Assembly: GCF_009834535.1 (NCBI RefSeq)
Contig: NC_045696.1
Coordinates: 56,794,001 to 56,858,000, forward strand
DNA length: 64,000 bases
Reading direction: 5' to 3'
Origin: Camelus ferus
Taxonomy: Eukaryota
A program made the position numbers and the translations under genes. Within the stretch, counting starts at the first letter, position 1. Every line of letters begins with the position of its first letter. The notes under the pieces are model-generated. The model did not search any database, was not told the origin of the DNA, and saw only the letters and a list, made by a program, of their open reading frames with translations. Shown here in pieces: positions 61,676 to 64,000 of this stretch.

Positions 61676-62180
61676 TATCTATTTGTTTCTTAGTGCTGCT
61701 GCTAGGCTGCTAACAAAGTACCACAAACTAAGTGGCTTCAACAACAGAAATGTATTCTCTCACAGTTCTGGAGACCAGAAGTTTGAGATCAAGATGTCAG
61801 CAGAGTTGGTTCCTTCTGAGGGACTGTGAGAGAGAATCTGTTTCATGTCTCCAGGCTTCTAGTGGGTTGCTGGACCTCTTTGGTGTTCCTTGGCTTATAG
61901 AGACATTACCCCGATCTCTGCCTTTATGTTCACATGTCTTCCTTGTGTGTGTGTGTCTATCTCTTCATGTGGCTTTTTAAAATAGGGACTCTATCTCTTC
62001 ATATGGCTTTTTAAAATAGGGACACCTGTCATTTTGGATTAGGGGCCCACCCTACTCAAGTATGACCTCATTTTGACTAGTTATATCTATACCGATCCTA
62101 TTTCCAAATAAGGTCACATTCTGAGGTACTGGGGTTAGGACTTCAACATGAATTTTGGTCAGGGGGACACAATTCACAAC
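61676..62180 (-). mobile_element. MLT1C-like (ERVL-MaLR) solo LTR
   Basis: TAACAAAGTACCACAAACTAAGTGGCTT...CTCTCACAGTTCTGGAG...CCAAATAAGGTCACATTCTGAGGTACTGGGGTTAGGACTTCAAC. Confidence 0.9.
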
Positions 62181-62387
62181 AGCTTACTAACTTTTGTCCT
62201 AATTTCTAAATGCTGACCTGCTTGATTTCTGTCAGTGGCATGCACATGGTTCACTTTCGATTGCTTATTTCCCAATTCTTTGATAGGCATCTTGGATTTG
62301 ATTTGAACTTCACTTGATTATACTCATAATCTTCCTCCTCTTTCCTATGAGATTCATGAGATTCATGTCTCATTATGCCTAGCCCTG

Positions 62388-62900
62388 TGTAGTAGGCAGA
62401 ATAACCCTCCCACCAAAGATATACAAATCCTCATCCCTGGAATCTGTGAATATGTTAGGTTCTGTGGCAAAGAGAAGTTGAGGTTACAGGTGGAATTTAG
62501 GTTGCTAATAGGGATATGACATTATCCTGGGTTGTCAAGGTAGATCCAATGTAATCATAGGATCTTTAAAAATGGAAGAGGGATGTCAAAGAAGATGGTC
62601 AGAGAAAGAGGTGTGATTAGGAAAGCAAGGACAAAGAGATGCTGTGCTGCTGCTTTGAAGATGAAGGAAGGAGGCTGTGAGCCAAAGAATGTGAGAGGCC
62701 TCTAAAGTTGGAAAAGGCAAGGAAACAGATTCTCCCCTAGAGCCACAAGAAAGGAGCACAGTCCTGTTGACACCTTAATTCTGACCCAGTAAGACCCATG
62801 CCAGACTTCTGAACGTCCATAAAGCCATAAAATAATAAGTTAGAATTGTTAAGGGACTAAGTCTGTGCTAATTTGTTGTGGCAGCAATAGAAAAAAAAAA
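62388..62900 (+). mobile_element. MLT1D-like (ERVL-MaLR) solo LTR
   Basis: TGTAGTAGGCAGAATAA...CCCTGGAATCTGTGAATATGTTA; TTTGAAGATGAAGGAAGG; GGAAAAGGCAAGGAAACAGATTCTCCCCTAGAGCC; TAATTTGTTGTGGCAGCAATAGAAAA. Confidence 0.9.
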
Positions 62901-63044
62901 ATCAGAAACTCCTGAACGTGTCCTATGTTTATAGACACCAGGCTTTGGGTGACTGTGAACATTCTCCTGTTTCCCTGGTCCTAGGCTTACCCCCAATTAA
63001 TACATTTTGCCAACATTTCAAACCGAATGAAAATGCAATAGATG

Positions 63045-63297
63045 CACATGGTGTTACGCATTAGAGTTGCACGGGTGTTGGAGCCCGATTTGACTGCAAA
63101 TTCTGGTCTTGCCACTTTTTCGCTGTATTACTTTACACAAATCACTTAATCTTTCTGGGCTTCAATTACCTTTCCCTTATCTGCAAGAGGGCTCATTAGG
63201 CATACCTCTTACTATGAGGATTAGTAATAATATCCATAAACGTAACTAACCCAATGCAGTGTACATATTAGGTACTCAATAAGTGATAGTTATTATG
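63045..63297 (+). mobile_element. MIR SINE
   Basis: CAAATTCTGGTCTTGCCACT...AATCACTTAATCTTTCTGGGCTTCAATT...TAGGTACTCAATAAGTGATAGTTATTAT. Confidence 0.85.
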
Positions 63298-64000
63298 ATG
63301 GCATTTTAAATTCTTTAGAGCAATGTTTCATTTTTCTACCTCATATTATGTTTAATCAAGGCTCATTTTGGAGTCAGAATATAAACAGATATTAGGATCT
63401 TGAAAGGAATAATCAGTGAGGCATTGCATATTATAGTACTTAATGATGAATGGATGAATATTCAGGTAGAATCAGAAAACTGTACAAATGAATCCAATTA
63501 TTTTTTGGTGAGAGAAGATACACTGAAATAGAAGATGACACCTGTACCTTGAGTTAATTGTGAAATATGTGTTGTCCTTCAGTAGACAGAGAATAGAAAG
63601 AAATTCTCTCTGTTGAATAATAATGTAAGTAACTTGAAAGCTGTTTGGGAGATCACATGCATGAATTCTTTCTCCTTCAAAGGATTCTACATCTCATGAC
63701 CTAAATTTGCTTCATCATGTCATCACATTATCACGAAGTGAAAGCCACCAAAAGATCTTTAGAAATATGGAAATTATAAAACATCTAAAAACACTCATAA
63801 CAAAAAGTAGTTTATTTTAAAACTATTTTAAAAAAATGTCTCCTGCTTAAAAAAGAAGAAAGGGCACAAAAAGCAAAGAATGCTAAAGTGATACTAAAAC
63901 CTTGTAGTAAAACTTGAGGGTGAAGTAGTAATTTCCTTTGAGAGTTTAAAAAACCCCTCCAAAATAGCTATATTGATAATCTTAATGTACTAAGAAAAAC

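Noticed and set aside
1..64000. CRISPR arrays, operons or other prokaryote-type systems
   Set aside because: The sequence is mammalian and repeat-rich; no regularly spaced repeat-spacer array or gene-dense segment was seen

Overview
Mammalian genomic DNA, moderately AT-rich, CpG-depleted and with no CpG island. It is most likely camelid (alpaca/llama/camel), based on one Vic-1-like tRNA-derived SINE and artiodactyl-type L1 3' ends, with no ruminant Bov-tA/BovB or pig PRE-1 seen. I found no recognisable protein-coding exon, structural RNA gene or intact transposon ORF; the listed ORFs look like chance frames or decayed repeats. The window reads as intergenic or deep-intronic. About half of it is fossil interspersed repeats: MIR, L2, CR1/L3, L1, MLT1, LTR16, LTR33, MER21, an ERV1-like solo LTR, and MER5/MER33/MER58 hAT elements. 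The best-supported observations are nested insertions with readable target-site duplications, two complex direct/inverted micro-rearrangements resembling template-switch or repair scars, several short tandem duplications, and a few repeat-free, motif-dense blocks that could be conserved enhancers. I could not support a novel biological system. Repeat family names come from remembered consensus features, not a database search; boundaries are approximate unless a TSD is given.
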